Positions 30,306 to 39,975 of a stretch of 64,000 bases of DNA are shown here, piece by piece (the stretch's first letter is position 1; every line of letters starts with the position of its first letter). The stretch is from NCBI GenBank assembly GCA_003247135.1, contig QKAW01000058.1:1394-65393 (forward strand), given 5' to 3'. This DNA is from Spirochaetales bacterium (GTDB lineage: Bacteria > Spirochaetota > Spirochaetia > DSM-2461). The notes under the pieces were generated by a model. It ran no database searches. It was not told the origin of the DNA and was given only the letters and a program-made list of their open reading frames with translations. The position numbers were made by a program, and so were the translations under genes.

Positions 30306-30530
30306 ATGGAAGCGAATGAAAGATGTGTTGTATGTGGTAATCAAATCTCAAAAAGTATTTTGATTTGTCCTCACTGCGGGAATGTAATAAATAAAGAGAG
30401 ATTTCCAAAAGGTAGTGAACACAACTACCACAGCAGCATTGATAAAAATATTGAATATCTCGAGCAGATGGATAATGCTTTGTATCACCTTGAACAGGAA
30501 CTTGATGCTTTTCTTTGTAAAAAACGATGA
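30306..30530 (+). CDS. Small zinc-ribbon protein with C-terminal coiled coil
   Basis: CVVC-x10-CPHC followed by a heptad-like helix. Confidence 0.6.
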   Translation: MEANERCVVCGNQISKSILICPHCGNVINKERFPKGSEHNYHSSIDKNIEYLEQMDNALYHLEQELDAFLCKKR

Positions 30531-30554
30531 TTTTTTTTTTACTTTCTGATATAT

Positions 30555-30582
30555 TAAAGAGATAGAAACTAATTGTCGATAT
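30555..30582 (+). promoter_or_regulatory. Sigma28 (FliA)-like promoter upstream of fliS
   Basis: TAAA-N16-GTCGATAT. Confidence 0.5.
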
Positions 30583-30611
30583 TTAATCTGTAATACTTTT
30601 AAGGAGGTCCT

Positions 30612-31031
30612 ATGAGGCGAGGGGCATTAAACTCATATAAAGAAACTAAAGTGACTACAGCATCCCAGAGCAAGTTGATTATAATGCTTTATGATGAAGT
30701 CATAAAACAGATTGATATAGCAGTAAATGCTGTAAACAGGAAAATGCCAAAAGATGTTTCCCACAATGCTTTTGTTAAAGCTCAGGATTGTATTTCGGAA
30801 TTAATGGTCTCACTAGATTTTGAAAAAGGTGGAGATATTGCCAGAAATTTATTTGCACTCTATAATTTTTTTAATAGATCGCTTTTAGATGCAAATAATT
30901 ATGGAAATTTGAATAAAGCACAGGATGTAAAAAGCATGATGGTAGAGTTAAGGTCATCCTGGATTGCTATCTCGGGGACAACAGAACATGAAATGTCTGG
31001 AGATAGAGTTGGGATAAACATCGCTGGATAG
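30612..31031 (+). CDS. fliS: Flagellar export chaperone FliS
   Basis: YKETKVTTASQSKLIIMLYD, KAQD.ISELMVSLDFEKGGDIARNLFALY; AAGGAGG RBS. Confidence 0.95.
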   Translation: MRRGALNSYKETKVTTASQSKLIIMLYDEVIKQIDIAVNAVNRKMPKDVSHNAFVKAQDCISELMVSLDFEKGGDIARNLFALYNFFNRSLLDANNYGNLNKAQDVKSMMVELRSSWIAISGTTEHEMSGDRVGINIAG

Positions 31032-31404
31032 ATTAAATATACTCAAGGAGAGGGTTTTTATCTCTATAAGTGAGTATAGAACCCTTATAGAATCCCTTGA
31101 GAAATCTTTTAAATTTAAAAATACTCTTCAAACAGATCACCTTTTATTAATTGAAAAAGAGATAATAAAAACACTGGATCAGCGTTACAGAATCTTCTGT
31201 TCCTATCCCGGGTTTAATAAAAATTATCATAAAGATCTGTTTGATGAACTGACTCTACTCTATAATGATATAGATTCCTTTAGAAACAGATTAACAGAGA
31301 ATAAAAAAAATCTCAAAAACGAGCTTTCAAATGTAAAGCAGATTATTAGACCTTTGGGAAAAAGTCGAGATGCAATAGCCGGGAGGATAGATATAATAAC
31401 ATGA
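31024..31404 (+). CDS. Unannotated 126-aa helical protein, possible FlgN/FliT-like flagellar chaperone (CTG start)
   Basis: Stop-free frame 31018-31404 fills the fliS-polA gap: LDRLNILKERVFISISEYRTL...AIAGRIDIIT*; overlaps the fliS stop and the polA start (ATGA). Confidence 0.7.
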   Translation: MDRLNILKERVFISISEYRTLIESLEKSFKFKNTLQTDHLLLIEKEIIKTLDQRYRIFCSYPGFNKNYHKDLFDELTLLYNDIDSFRNRLTENKKNLKNELSNVKQIIRPLGKSRDAIAGRIDIIT

Positions 31405-34079
31405 AAGAGCCTTTATATATACTGGATGGCTATGCCATAATTTTTAGATCATATTATGCTTTTATTAACAGACCCTTAAAGAATAGTTCGGGAGATAATA
31501 TAAGCGCTATTTTTGGTTTTTACAGAACCCTCTTTAATTTTTTAAAGGTTTACAGACCTAAAAACTTTGTTGTTGCACTGGATAGTAAGGGGCCAACCTT
31601 CAGAAATGAGATATTTCCTGAGTATAAGGCAAACAGATCTGCAGCACCTGAGGATCTTGTAACCCAGTTTCCTATAATAATAAATATTTTAAATGAGCTT
31701 AATATCCCCTCTGTTGCAGTTCCGGGCTTTGAAGCAGATGATATAATTGGTACATTTGCCAGAATTTGTAGTGATGAGGGCCGGGAGTGCTACATAATTT
31801 CCGGGGATAAGGATCTTATGCAGCTGGTAAACGATACAACTTTTCTATTACGCCCGGATGGGAAAGCAGGATATGAAAAGTATGATGCCGACAGAGTTTT
31901 CACAGAAAAAGGGGTAAAGCCCGGTCAAATTATTGATTATCTCTCTTTAATGGGGGACACAGCTGACAATATTCCCGGAGTAAAGGGTATTGGTGAAAAA
32001 ACTGCCGGGTCTTTACTGGAAAAGTTTGGTGATCTTGATAATATCTATAACAATATAGAAACAATAAAAGCCAAGGCTCAGAAGAGTAAGTTAATAGATG
32101 GTAAGGAGAGTGCTTACCTTAGTAAAAAACTTGTAATATTGGACTGCAATGTACCAATTAACAAAAGTATTGATGAGTGTGTAATAAGTTCCATAGATTC
32201 CAAGAAAAGTGGTGAACTCTTTGCTGCCCAGGGAATTAATGCAGTAACCCCGGATGATGGAGTAAATAGAGAAGAGAGTGTAAAACCAGTTGCAAAAAGA
32301 GGGACATATAGGGCTGTTCTGGATGCTGAAGAGTTAAAAGTTATTATAAACAGTGCGATTGAGGCAGGAATTGTAGCTTTTGATTGCGAGACCGACTCAC
32401 TTGATGCCATATCAGCTACTCCTGCTGGTTTTTCTATATCTTTTAAAGAGGGTGAGGCCTATTATATTCCAATAAAGGCAAAGGATACCGATTGTATAGA
32501 TTCTGATATTGTAAAATCTGAATTAAACAGAATGTTCCGGGAGTGCAGTATTGTAGGCCAGAATATAAAATACGATTATAAAGTTCTGGTAAGATACGGT
32601 ATTGTGATAAAAAATATAATTTTTGATACAATGATTGCAGCCTGGATTCTAGACTCCTCCCTTAGAAGCTATTCAATGGATTTTCTGGCAGATAAATACC
32701 TTAACTATACAACAATTCCATTTGATAGTGTTGTTCCAAAGGGTGAACTATTTTGCAATGTCAATATAGATAAGGCTGCAGAGTATGCAGCTGAAGATGC
32801 AGATATAACCTATAGATTATACCTCTATTTTAAAAGAGAGATGGATAGATCAGAAACCCTTACAAAACTTTTTAATGAGATCGAAATTCCTTTAATAAGA
32901 ATTTTGGCAAATATGGAGCTTGAAGGAGTAAATCTTGATGGCGAGGTATTAAAAAACTTCTCTGTGGAGCTTAATGACAGTATTGTTGGGTTAGAAAAGG
33001 AAATATACAGTATCTGTGGTAAAGAGTTTAATATAAGTTCACCAAAACAGTTACAGGAGATACTTTTTGAAGAACGGGGGCTAACTCCTCTAAAAAAGAC
33101 AAAAACTGGTTATTCTACAGATACCGCAGTTTTGGAACAGCTTGCCAGAGAGGATATTGTTCCTGAAAAAATAATAGATTATAGAGGTTTAACTAAACTT
33201 AAATCAACCTATGCGGATGCTCTGCCAAAGTTGATTAATTCTGATACCGGGAGAGTTCACACCCACTTTCTACAGACAGGAACAGCAACAGGGCGTTTAA
33301 GCAGTAAGGATCCCAATTTACAGAATATTCCTGTAAAAGATGACAGAGGCCGTAGAATAAGGGCGGCATTTACAGCTTCCCCGGGGAAAATATTTTTATC
33401 TGCAGATTACTCCCAAATTGAACTTGTTGTTCTGGCACATCTCTCCGAAGATCCGGGGTTGGTAGATGCCTATAGAAATGGTAGAGATATTCATACCCAG
33501 ACCGCTGCAATTATAAATCAGGTAGAACTTAATGAAGTTACTCCAGCTATGAGAAGGGTTGCTAAAACTATAAACTTTGGTGTTATGTATGGAATGAGTG
33601 CATTCAGGTTATCCAATGAACTGGAGATTCCAAGAAAGGCAGCTGCAAATTTTATTAACAGATACTTTACTGAGTTTGCAGGAATTAAAACTTTTATGGA
33701 CAAAACACTTCTTGAAGCCGAGGAGAAGGGTTATGTAACCACAATACTTGGGAGACAAAGGGTTTTAGAAGGGATAAACAGCAATAATAAGCTGATAAAA
33801 GCAGGTGCACAGAGAGCAGCAATAAACAGTGTTGTACAGGGCTCAGCTGCAGATATTATGAAACTTGCAATGATTGAGATTGATAGAAGAATTGGAGTTG
33901 AAACCCCAAATTCCAAAATGGTTCTACAGGTTCATGATGAGTTTATATTTGAGGCAGATTTAAATGAACTTCAGGCTCTAAAGGATATTGTAAAAAAATC
34001 TATGGAAGGGGCTATTAAGTTAATTGTACCCTTGAACTCATCTCTTGAAACCGGTAATAACTGGGGAGAGATTCATTAA
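31401..34079 (+). CDS. polA: DNA polymerase I
   Basis: 5'-3' exo (LDG, FEADD, GDKD, GIGEKTA), 3'-5' exo (DCET, NIKYD, YAAEDAD), polymerase (DYSQIEL, AKTINFGVMYG, QVHDE). Confidence 0.98.
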   Translation: MKEPLYILDGYAIIFRSYYAFINRPLKNSSGDNISAIFGFYRTLFNFLKVYRPKNFVVALDSKGPTFRNEIFPEYKANRSAAPEDLVTQFPIIINILNELNIPSVAVPGFEADDIIGTFARICSDEGRECYIISGDKDLMQLVNDTTFLLRPDGKAGYEKYDADRVFTEKGVKPGQIIDYLSLMGDTADNIPGVKGIGEKTAGSLLEKFGDLDNIYNNIETIKAKAQKSKLIDGKESAYLSKKLVILDCNVPINKSIDECVISSIDSKKSGELFAAQGINAVTPDDGVNREESVKPVAKRGTYRAVLDAEELKVIINSAIEAGIVAFDCETDSLDAISATPAGFSISFKEGEAYYIPIKAKDTDCIDSDIVKSELNRMFRECSIVGQNIKYDYKVLVRYGIVIKNIIFDTMIAAWILDSSLRSYSMDFLADKYLNYTTIPFDSVVPKGELFCNVNIDKAAEYAAEDADITYRLYLYFKREMDRSETLTKLFNEIEIPLIRILANMELEGVNLDGEVLKNFSVELNDSIVGLEKEIYSICGKEFNISSPKQLQEILFEERGLTPLKKTKTGYSTDTAVLEQLAREDIVPEKIIDYRGLTKLKSTYADALPKLINSDTGRVHTHFLQTGTATGRLSSKDPNLQNIPVKDDRGRRIRAAFTASPGKIFLSADYSQIELVVLAHLSEDPGLVDAYRNGRDIHTQTAAIINQVELNEVTPAMRRVAKTINFGVMYGMSAFRLSNELEIPRKAAANFINRYFTEFAGIKTFMDKTLLEAEEKGYVTTILGRQRVLEGINSNNKLIKAGAQRAAINSVVQGSAADIMKLAMIEIDRRIGVETPNSKMVLQVHDEFIFEADLNELQALKDIVKKSMEGAIKLIVPLNSSLETGNNWGEIH

Positions 34080-34660
34080 TGGTTATAGCCCTGTCAGGGA
34101 AGTGTTGTTCCGGGAAAAACTATATATCAGATAAATTCAAATCTGATGGTTTTACAATTATAGATGTTGATATTGTCTCCAGGGATGTGTTTAACTCCAA
34201 CCAGGAACAGATTATACAGCTATTTGGTGAAAGTGTAGTAGTTGATGGTATTTTAAGTAGAAAAGCGGTAGGGGAGATAGTTTTTTCAGACAAACAGAAA
34301 CGTTTGGAACTGGAAGAACTTATACATCCAAAAGTCTATCAGTTTATAATTAATCAGATTAAGGCAAATAGTTCGACTGATTATATTATAAATATCCCTC
34401 TATTAAAAAAAAGTGAATTAATAGAGCATCTAAATGGGATTGTGTGGATTCGTTCACCTCTTTTACTTCGAATAATTAGAGCGTTAAAAAGAGACAGTTA
34501 CAGTTTACTGGTAATTTTAAAAAGAATATGGTCACAAAAAAAACTTAGTGTTAAATATTTCAAAAGTAGTGTCGATATTTATTACATAGATAATAGTTGG
34601 TTCTCTAAACAAATGGAAGGATCCTATAATCTAACTTTAAATAGGCTTCGAAAGGGTTAA
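34079..34660 (+). CDS. coaE: Dephospho-CoA kinase
   Basis: LSGKCCSGKN P-loop, IDVD, RKAVGEIVFSD, LEELIHP; directly follows polA. Confidence 0.88.
   Translation: MVIALSGKCCSGKNYISDKFKSDGFTIIDVDIVSRDVFNSNQEQIIQLFGESVVVDGILSRKAVGEIVFSDKQKRLELEELIHPKVYQFIINQIKANSSTDYIINIPLLKKSELIEHLNGIVWIRSPLLLRIIRALKRDSYSLLVILKRIWSQKKLSVKYFKSSVDIYYIDNSWFSKQMEGSYNLTLNRLRKG
34552..34578 (+). promoter_or_regulatory. Sigma28-like promoter inside coaE, upstream of the SPOR gene
   Basis: TAAA-N15-GTCGATAT. Confidence 0.4.
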
Positions 34661-34663
34661 TAT

Positions 34664-35350
34664 ATGTCAGATAACATTAAAAAAGAGATGCAGGATTCCA
34701 AAATTTCAACAGATACACTCTTTGTTCTACTTGTTGCAATATGCGGTGTTGCTATAATTTGCCTTGTTGGCTACTTATTAATAAAACCACAGTCCGGCAA
34801 TTCTGATGTTGTAATTAGGGATATTGTTGTTTCAGGAGTTGTTCCTGAGGAGAGTGAAACTATTGAGAGTGTAGAGGACTCTCTGGTTAACAGTTATCTG
34901 AATGACGAGAAAACAGCAGAGGATGCAGCTCCCATTGTTCAGGAACAACCGGTTGTTGTAGAGAAGAAAGATGTTCCCCTTGAGGAAAAACCTATTTTTA
35001 AACCTGCACCAAAAGCTGTTGTTAAACCCACAGCTACCAAAACTACTATAGTAACCAAGCCGGTAGTTAAGCAGAAGCTTGTTAGTGTTATTGCTTACTG
35101 GATTCAGGTAGGTTCATTTTCATCCAATGCACAGGCTAACAGAAGTGTTGAATTGTTAAAAGATAGAGGTCTTTCATCGAGAGTAGTTCTTTCCACTGTT
35201 AATGGGAACGATGTTTACAGAGTTCGAATTGGAGCCTATGAGAGTAAGGAAGAGGCCGAAAAGTTTTTAGCTGAAGTTAAGAAAATAGGTGGATTTGAAG
35301 GCAGTTATATTTCAGAAAGTACAACACAAAAATATGTAGAAGGCAAATAA
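34664..35350 (+). CDS. Membrane-anchored SPOR-domain protein (FtsN/DedD-like)
   Basis: N-terminal TM, Pro/Lys-rich linker, YWIQVGSF...YRVRIGAY. Confidence 0.88.
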   Translation: MSDNIKKEMQDSKISTDTLFVLLVAICGVAIICLVGYLLIKPQSGNSDVVIRDIVVSGVVPEESETIESVEDSLVNSYLNDEKTAEDAAPIVQEQPVVVEKKDVPLEEKPIFKPAPKAVVKPTATKTTIVTKPVVKQKLVSVIAYWIQVGSFSSNAQANRSVELLKDRGLSSRVVLSTVNGNDVYRVRIGAYESKEEAEKFLAEVKKIGGFEGSYISESTTQKYVEGK

Positions 35351-35403
35351 ATTTTTATTTCTTATATTAAAATTTTTATTGTTAGACTATAATAATAAAA
35401 GTT

Positions 35404-36666
35404 ATGTTGGAATTTGATGATACATTGGTGTTCAAAACACTGTTTAAGTTATTGAACCATGATACTAGAAATACATTCGTAAAACTTAATGCACTAATTT
35501 CCGAGCTGGACCAGACACCTGTTAAGGATATGATCTCTGACTCTATTCAGGAGTTATATGATTTAATAGCATCCTCGGCAGGTTTTATCGACGGTAAAAA
35601 GCGGATAATGTCTATGTATGATATTGTTTCAGAATTATCACTAACTTCTTCCAAGATAACCCTTACTAACCACCATAGAGTAAAATTCTCCCACGATCCC
35701 AAAATATATCTTTTTGTAGAAGTTTCTGAACTATTTAATCATGCAATTCTTAATCTTGTTGAAAATGCTCTGAAATATTCAGGTGAGAATGAGATTGTCG
35801 ATGTCTCCATTAGGAGGGAAGGTAACTTTATCTCGGTATATGTTAAAGATAATGGAATGGGAATCTCAGACAAGGATAAGGAGAGAATTTTTGAGCAAGG
35901 TTATAGAACAATAAGTGCTCTGGAGCAGCAGGGTACAGGTACAGGACTGTGGATAACTAAAAATATAGTGCATAAGGATTCCGGAACCATTGAAGTCTAT
36001 GATAATAAACCAAAAGGATCTGTTTTTAAAGTTTCTGTTCCAATATTTTTTACAAGCAGTCTTGAAGATTCAATGGATATTGTTGTTAATAACTACTTAG
36101 ATGATCCAAAGGAACTTAATGAGTGTATTAGAAGTATTAAGACACTAATAGACCTTCACGAACCGCCAATTGAGTATCATTATGATTCCTTACTCTTTGC
36201 AAATTTACTTAATTACCTAAGAAAAGAGAAGAGGAATAAGACCCAATCCCATTTTAAGGATAAGCTCTTAGAGATAAAATCAAAAAATCCAGGAGGGAAA
36301 ACCGTTGTAATTGTTGATGATTCAACCTATGTTCACTACTATTTAGGAACTTTTTTCTCTGAACTGGGTTACAGGGTTGTTGATTTTGCTTTTAATGGTC
36401 TTGAAGGATTTAATCTGTATGAAACCCATAATCCTGATCTAATAACCCTGGATATTACCATGCCTGTAATGTCCGGTGTTGAGGCAAGTGAGAAGATCTT
36501 AAAACTTAATCCGGGGGCTAACCTTCTATTTTTATCCGGTTTGGGAAGCCATTCAGGTTTAATTCAAACTTTGGATAAAAAATTAAATGGAAGAACCTAT
36601 GGTATTTTAACAAAGCCCTTCTCTAAAGAAGAGCTTGAAAATTCCCTAGAAGTTTTTAATTTTTAA
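35404..36666 (+). CDS. Hybrid histidine kinase / response regulator without sensor domain
   Basis: LNHDTRN H-box-like, NLVENALKYS, DNGMGI, GTGTGL; receiver VDDS...LDITMP...KPF. Confidence 0.82.
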   Translation: MLEFDDTLVFKTLFKLLNHDTRNTFVKLNALISELDQTPVKDMISDSIQELYDLIASSAGFIDGKKRIMSMYDIVSELSLTSSKITLTNHHRVKFSHDPKIYLFVEVSELFNHAILNLVENALKYSGENEIVDVSIRREGNFISVYVKDNGMGISDKDKERIFEQGYRTISALEQQGTGTGLWITKNIVHKDSGTIEVYDNKPKGSVFKVSVPIFFTSSLEDSMDIVVNNYLDDPKELNECIRSIKTLIDLHEPPIEYHYDSLLFANLLNYLRKEKRNKTQSHFKDKLLEIKSKNPGGKTVVIVDDSTYVHYYLGTFFSELGYRVVDFAFNGLEGFNLYETHNPDLITLDITMPVMSGVEASEKILKLNPGANLLFLSGLGSHSGLIQTLDKKLNGRTYGILTKPFSKEELENSLEVFNF

Positions 36667-37540
36667 TACTGTAATCAATTGGTTTATTGTAAATTTTAGA
36701 GTTTGGCTCAACTGATTTTACAATCCAGACATTTCCCCCAATAGTTGAGTTTTTGCCTACAACAGTATCCCCTCCAAGTATTGTCGCCCCTGCATAAATT
36801 GTAACATTGTCTTCAATTGTCGGATGCCTTTTTACATTTGCTTCCTCTTTTTTTACACTTAAAGCACCAAGAGTAACCCCTTGATAAATTTTTACATTGC
36901 TACCTATTACTGTTGTTTCACCAATTACAACACCTGTTCCATGGTCTATAAAGAAATAGTCCCCAATCTCTGCACCTGGATGGATATCAATTCCTGTAGC
37001 TGAGTGTGCATACTCGCTCATCATTCTTGGAATTAATGGAATTTTGAGTTTATAAAATTCATGGGCAATTCTATGAATTGTCACTGCCTTCATTCCAGGG
37101 TATGAGAGGATAACCTCTTCCATTGAGGATGCTGCAGGATCTCCTGAAAGTGCAGCATCTGCATCTAATAGAATTTTATCCCTTACTTTAGTAAGATTAG
37201 TTATAAATTCCTCTGTTTTAACTTTTGCAGATGCAGAGCAATCCTGACAACTGGCTCTCTTATCCGGTGCATTTTTAAGACAGGTTGCTTTTTTTATCTC
37301 TTGATAGAGTTTTCTAAAAAGCTGGTTAAGCTTTTCACTGGTTCTGTATTTTAAAATACACTGATCGATGTTTTCATCTGACTGAAAGCCGGGAAACATT
37401 AATGATTCAATTGTGTAAAGTATTTCACTTATACTCTCTCTTGATGGAAGGGAAGGACCACCTATATGGTTTACACCTCCTCCCTTACTATAGGAACTTA
37501 AAAGCTCATTTTCTATTTCAATTAATTTATCTGCATCCAT
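36656..37540 (-). CDS. cysE: Serine O-acetyltransferase (CysE/EpsC type)
   Basis: GDPAA, SYPG, HRIAH, TGIDIHPGA.IG..FFIDHGTGVVIGET, YQGVTLGA, KRHPT. Confidence 0.93.
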   Translation of the reverse strand: MDADKLIEIENELLSSYSKGGGVNHIGGPSLPSRESISEILYTIESLMFPGFQSDENIDQCILKYRTSEKLNQLFRKLYQEIKKATCLKNAPDKRASCQDCSASAKVKTEEFITNLTKVRDKILLDADAALSGDPAASSMEEVILSYPGMKAVTIHRIAHEFYKLKIPLIPRMMSEYAHSATGIDIHPGAEIGDYFFIDHGTGVVIGETTVIGSNVKIYQGVTLGALSVKKEEANVKRHPTIEDNVTIYAGATILGGDTVVGKNSTIGGNVWIVKSVEPNSKIYNKPIDYSIKN

Positions 37541-37605
37541 ACCATTAATCTATGAATATGATGTTTAAAAGTCCAGTGTTTTTAAAAAAAACTGTAAAAT
37601 AATTA

Positions 37606-38808
37606 TTACCCTCTCTTTAACTTTCTTCCCAGAAATACATAGAGCATAAATATTATGGAAGCTAGCAGTGAGATTATTATAAATGCTGTATCAAGTGTAA
37701 ATTTATCACCTATAAAACCTACAATAGGAAATACTATTATCATAAGCAGGCTAAACATCATGGATTGATAACTTAAAACAGTCGCTCTGTAACCTGATGG
37801 AACCATTTTGTTAATGGAATCACTAACTATAACAATAAGAAATCCTTCAAAAAGCCCATTTACAATAAAAAACAGGGCTTTATAATCTGTTAATGCTGTA
37901 CCCCATAAAGATATTAAAAGGAGTACCGGTATTAGATAAAAAAGTCTATTTAGTTCTATTTTCTTTTCAAGTTTCGGGGCTGCCAGGGCTGAAAATCCTG
38001 CTACTAAAGATAGAATAGAGAAAACTATACCCATATAGAATTCACTATATCCATTGAATTTCCACCAGGTTTGTAAATAAAAGTAAATTGTTGCTTCGAA
38101 AACAAAAATAGATTCACTATATATTATTAAAAAAGCAATCCTGGGCTCTTTTTTAATGACCTGAAGGCTCTCTTTTGTCTGATTTAATATAGAATCTGCG
38201 GTTCTTTTTATAAAATTGCTGCTTGCAATTTGTTTTGACTCTCTTTCAATAATGGGTTCTTCCATAAAAGCGATACTTAAAATTGACAGGAAAACTGAAA
38301 AAAGTGTTACAGAAAAAACAATATTGTAGTTAATAGTTGCAAGATATCCTCCGCTAAGGTATGCAAGAATCATGGAACTCTGAAGTATTAACTCACTTCT
38401 ACCTTTAACTTTTTTGAATTTTTCCTCTTCATTTATGTTTTTAAGAGAATCGTATAAAAGTGCTTCACCAGCTCCGGATTCCAGATTGTAGCTTAATGCT
38501 GTCAGTATAAATCCTATGGATTGAATTACTATACTGTTTCCTGTCCAAAGAATAATCAAACTGATAAAAAAGAGTATTCTACCTATTAGTCTGCTCTGTT
38601 TTCTTCCCCATAGGTCTGCAATAACTCCGGTTGGAACTTCCATTGTAAATGATGTAAGGTGGAATAACCCCTCAAGCATTCCTAATTCAACAAGGGATAA
38701 TCCTTTAAGAGATAACCAGATCATCCACAGAGCGTGGGTTAGGTTAAAATTCATAAAAAAAGTAAAAATATAGTCCAGGGGTATGTTTCTTTTTAGGTTC
38801 TGGTTCAT
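37606..38808 (-). CDS. MFS transporter
   Basis: About 12 TM; EVPTGVIADLWGRK motif A, SGAGEALLYDSL, RATVLS. Confidence 0.9.
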   Translation of the reverse strand: MNQNLKRNIPLDYIFTFFMNFNLTHALWMIWLSLKGLSLVELGMLEGLFHLTSFTMEVPTGVIADLWGRKQSRLIGRILFFISLIILWTGNSIVIQSIGFILTALSYNLESGAGEALLYDSLKNINEEEKFKKVKGRSELILQSSMILAYLSGGYLATINYNIVFSVTLFSVFLSILSIAFMEEPIIERESKQIASSNFIKRTADSILNQTKESLQVIKKEPRIAFLIIYSESIFVFEATIYFYLQTWWKFNGYSEFYMGIVFSILSLVAGFSALAAPKLEKKIELNRLFYLIPVLLLISLWGTALTDYKALFFIVNGLFEGFLIVIVSDSINKMVPSGYRATVLSYQSMMFSLLMIIVFPIVGFIGDKFTLDTAFIIISLLASIIFMLYVFLGRKLKRG

Positions 38809-38966
38809 AAATTTCTCCGTACAATAAAAATATTGACCTTTTTACTAATCAACGAAAATAAAAAGTTCTGTGTTATTTATATTCTGCGGTTGTTTAAGCA
38901 CTCTCAGCTTCTATTGAACCAGTTTAGAATTCAATCCGATATATCGGATCTATTAAAGATTTAATA

Positions 38967-38995
38967 ATGTTATAAAATAATAATAGCTTTGTCAA
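38967..38995 (-). promoter_or_regulatory. Sigma70 promoter for the MFS gene, giving a ~150-nt structured leader
   Basis: Minus strand TTGACA-N17-TAACAT. Confidence 0.55.
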
Positions 38996-39010
38996 ATATA
39001 TTTAATACTC

Positions 39011-39973
39011 GTGGTAAAACTGTTAATATCAGGTATGGTTAAGTACAAAGTAACGGAATATTTTAAATCTCTATCCCATGAGGGTTCCGGGTTGTGGAAG
39101 CAGTTTTATCCTGATCCCAGAGAGAGTATTTTTAAAGATTATGAATTGGAAGATCCTTTAAGTGAGAATAAATATCTGGTCTCTCCAAGGTTGGTTCACA
39201 GGTATAAAGATAGGGTTTTAATGCTTGTTACTGACCAATGCCTTATGTATTGCCGTCACTGTTTTAGAAAGGATTTTATAGACAGAGGCATTAATGAGAT
39301 TTCTGACAGTGAGATTGATCTTGCCTGTGAGTACATAAAAAAACATAGTGAGGTTCACGAAGTAATACTTAGCGGTGGGGACCCATTAACAATTTCTGAG
39401 TGTAAACTTTCATCAGTATTAAAAAAAATAAGGCAGATACGGCCGGGTTTGATTATTAGAATTGGTACTAGAATTCCTGTTGTTGAGCCTGGCCTTATAA
39501 CCGATGGGTTGATTAATATTTTAAAGGAGAACTCTCCTTTGTGGTTTCTTTTACAGATTAATCACCCAGATGAGTTGACTCCGGACTCTGTTGCGGCTCT
39601 TAAAAGACTAAATATGGCTGGTGTTGGTCTTTTAAACCAGTCTGTACTTTTAAAAGGCATAAATGACTCGGTTGATATTTTAAAAAGGCTATACCAAGGA
39701 CTTTTAGAGGTTATGGTAAAGCCTTATTACATTTTTCAGGGGGATTTAGCCAGGGGTACTTCCCATTTAAGGGTTCCAATTTCCAGAGGGTTGGAGATTA
39801 TTAATGAGCTAAAAGGGGAGATTTCCGGTATTGCTATGCCGATTTATGCTGTGGACATTCCAGGTGGTGGTGGAAAAATACATCTAAACAGGGAGAGTAT
39901 TATTAATGAGGATGATGAATTTTACTATTTACAAAATAGTGATGGTTTTGTCGGAAAGTATCCAAAGGAGTAG
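39011..39973 (+). CDS. KamA-family radical SAM enzyme (lysine 2,3-aminomutase / EpmB-like)
   Basis: LVHRYKDRVL, CLMYCRHCFR, ILSGGDPL, NHPDE, NQSVLLKGIND, PGGGGK; start may be the ATG at 39035. Confidence 0.9.
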   Translation: MVKLLISGMVKYKVTEYFKSLSHEGSGLWKQFYPDPRESIFKDYELEDPLSENKYLVSPRLVHRYKDRVLMLVTDQCLMYCRHCFRKDFIDRGINEISDSEIDLACEYIKKHSEVHEVILSGGDPLTISECKLSSVLKKIRQIRPGLIIRIGTRIPVVEPGLITDGLINILKENSPLWFLLQINHPDELTPDSVAALKRLNMAGVGLLNQSVLLKGINDSVDILKRLYQGLLEVMVKPYYIFQGDLARGTSHLRVPISRGLEIINELKGEISGIAMPIYAVDIPGGGGKIHLNRESIINEDDEFYYLQNSDGFVGKYPKE

Positions 39974-39975
39974 CT

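Noticed and set aside
30220-30408. N-terminal 63 aa of the 182-aa ORF 29860-30408
   Set aside because: Overlaps the opposite-strand zinc-ribbon gene; ATG at 30219 gives a more plausible protein
38860-38960. TPP, T-box or ykkC riboswitch in the MFS leader (GCUGAGA, CUGGUUCAAUAGAAGC)
   Set aside because: Only isolated words match; the core motifs (TPP CCUGAU...GCGUAGGGA, T-box UGGNACC, ykkC AGGGUUCCG...AAAAGCCCG) are absent
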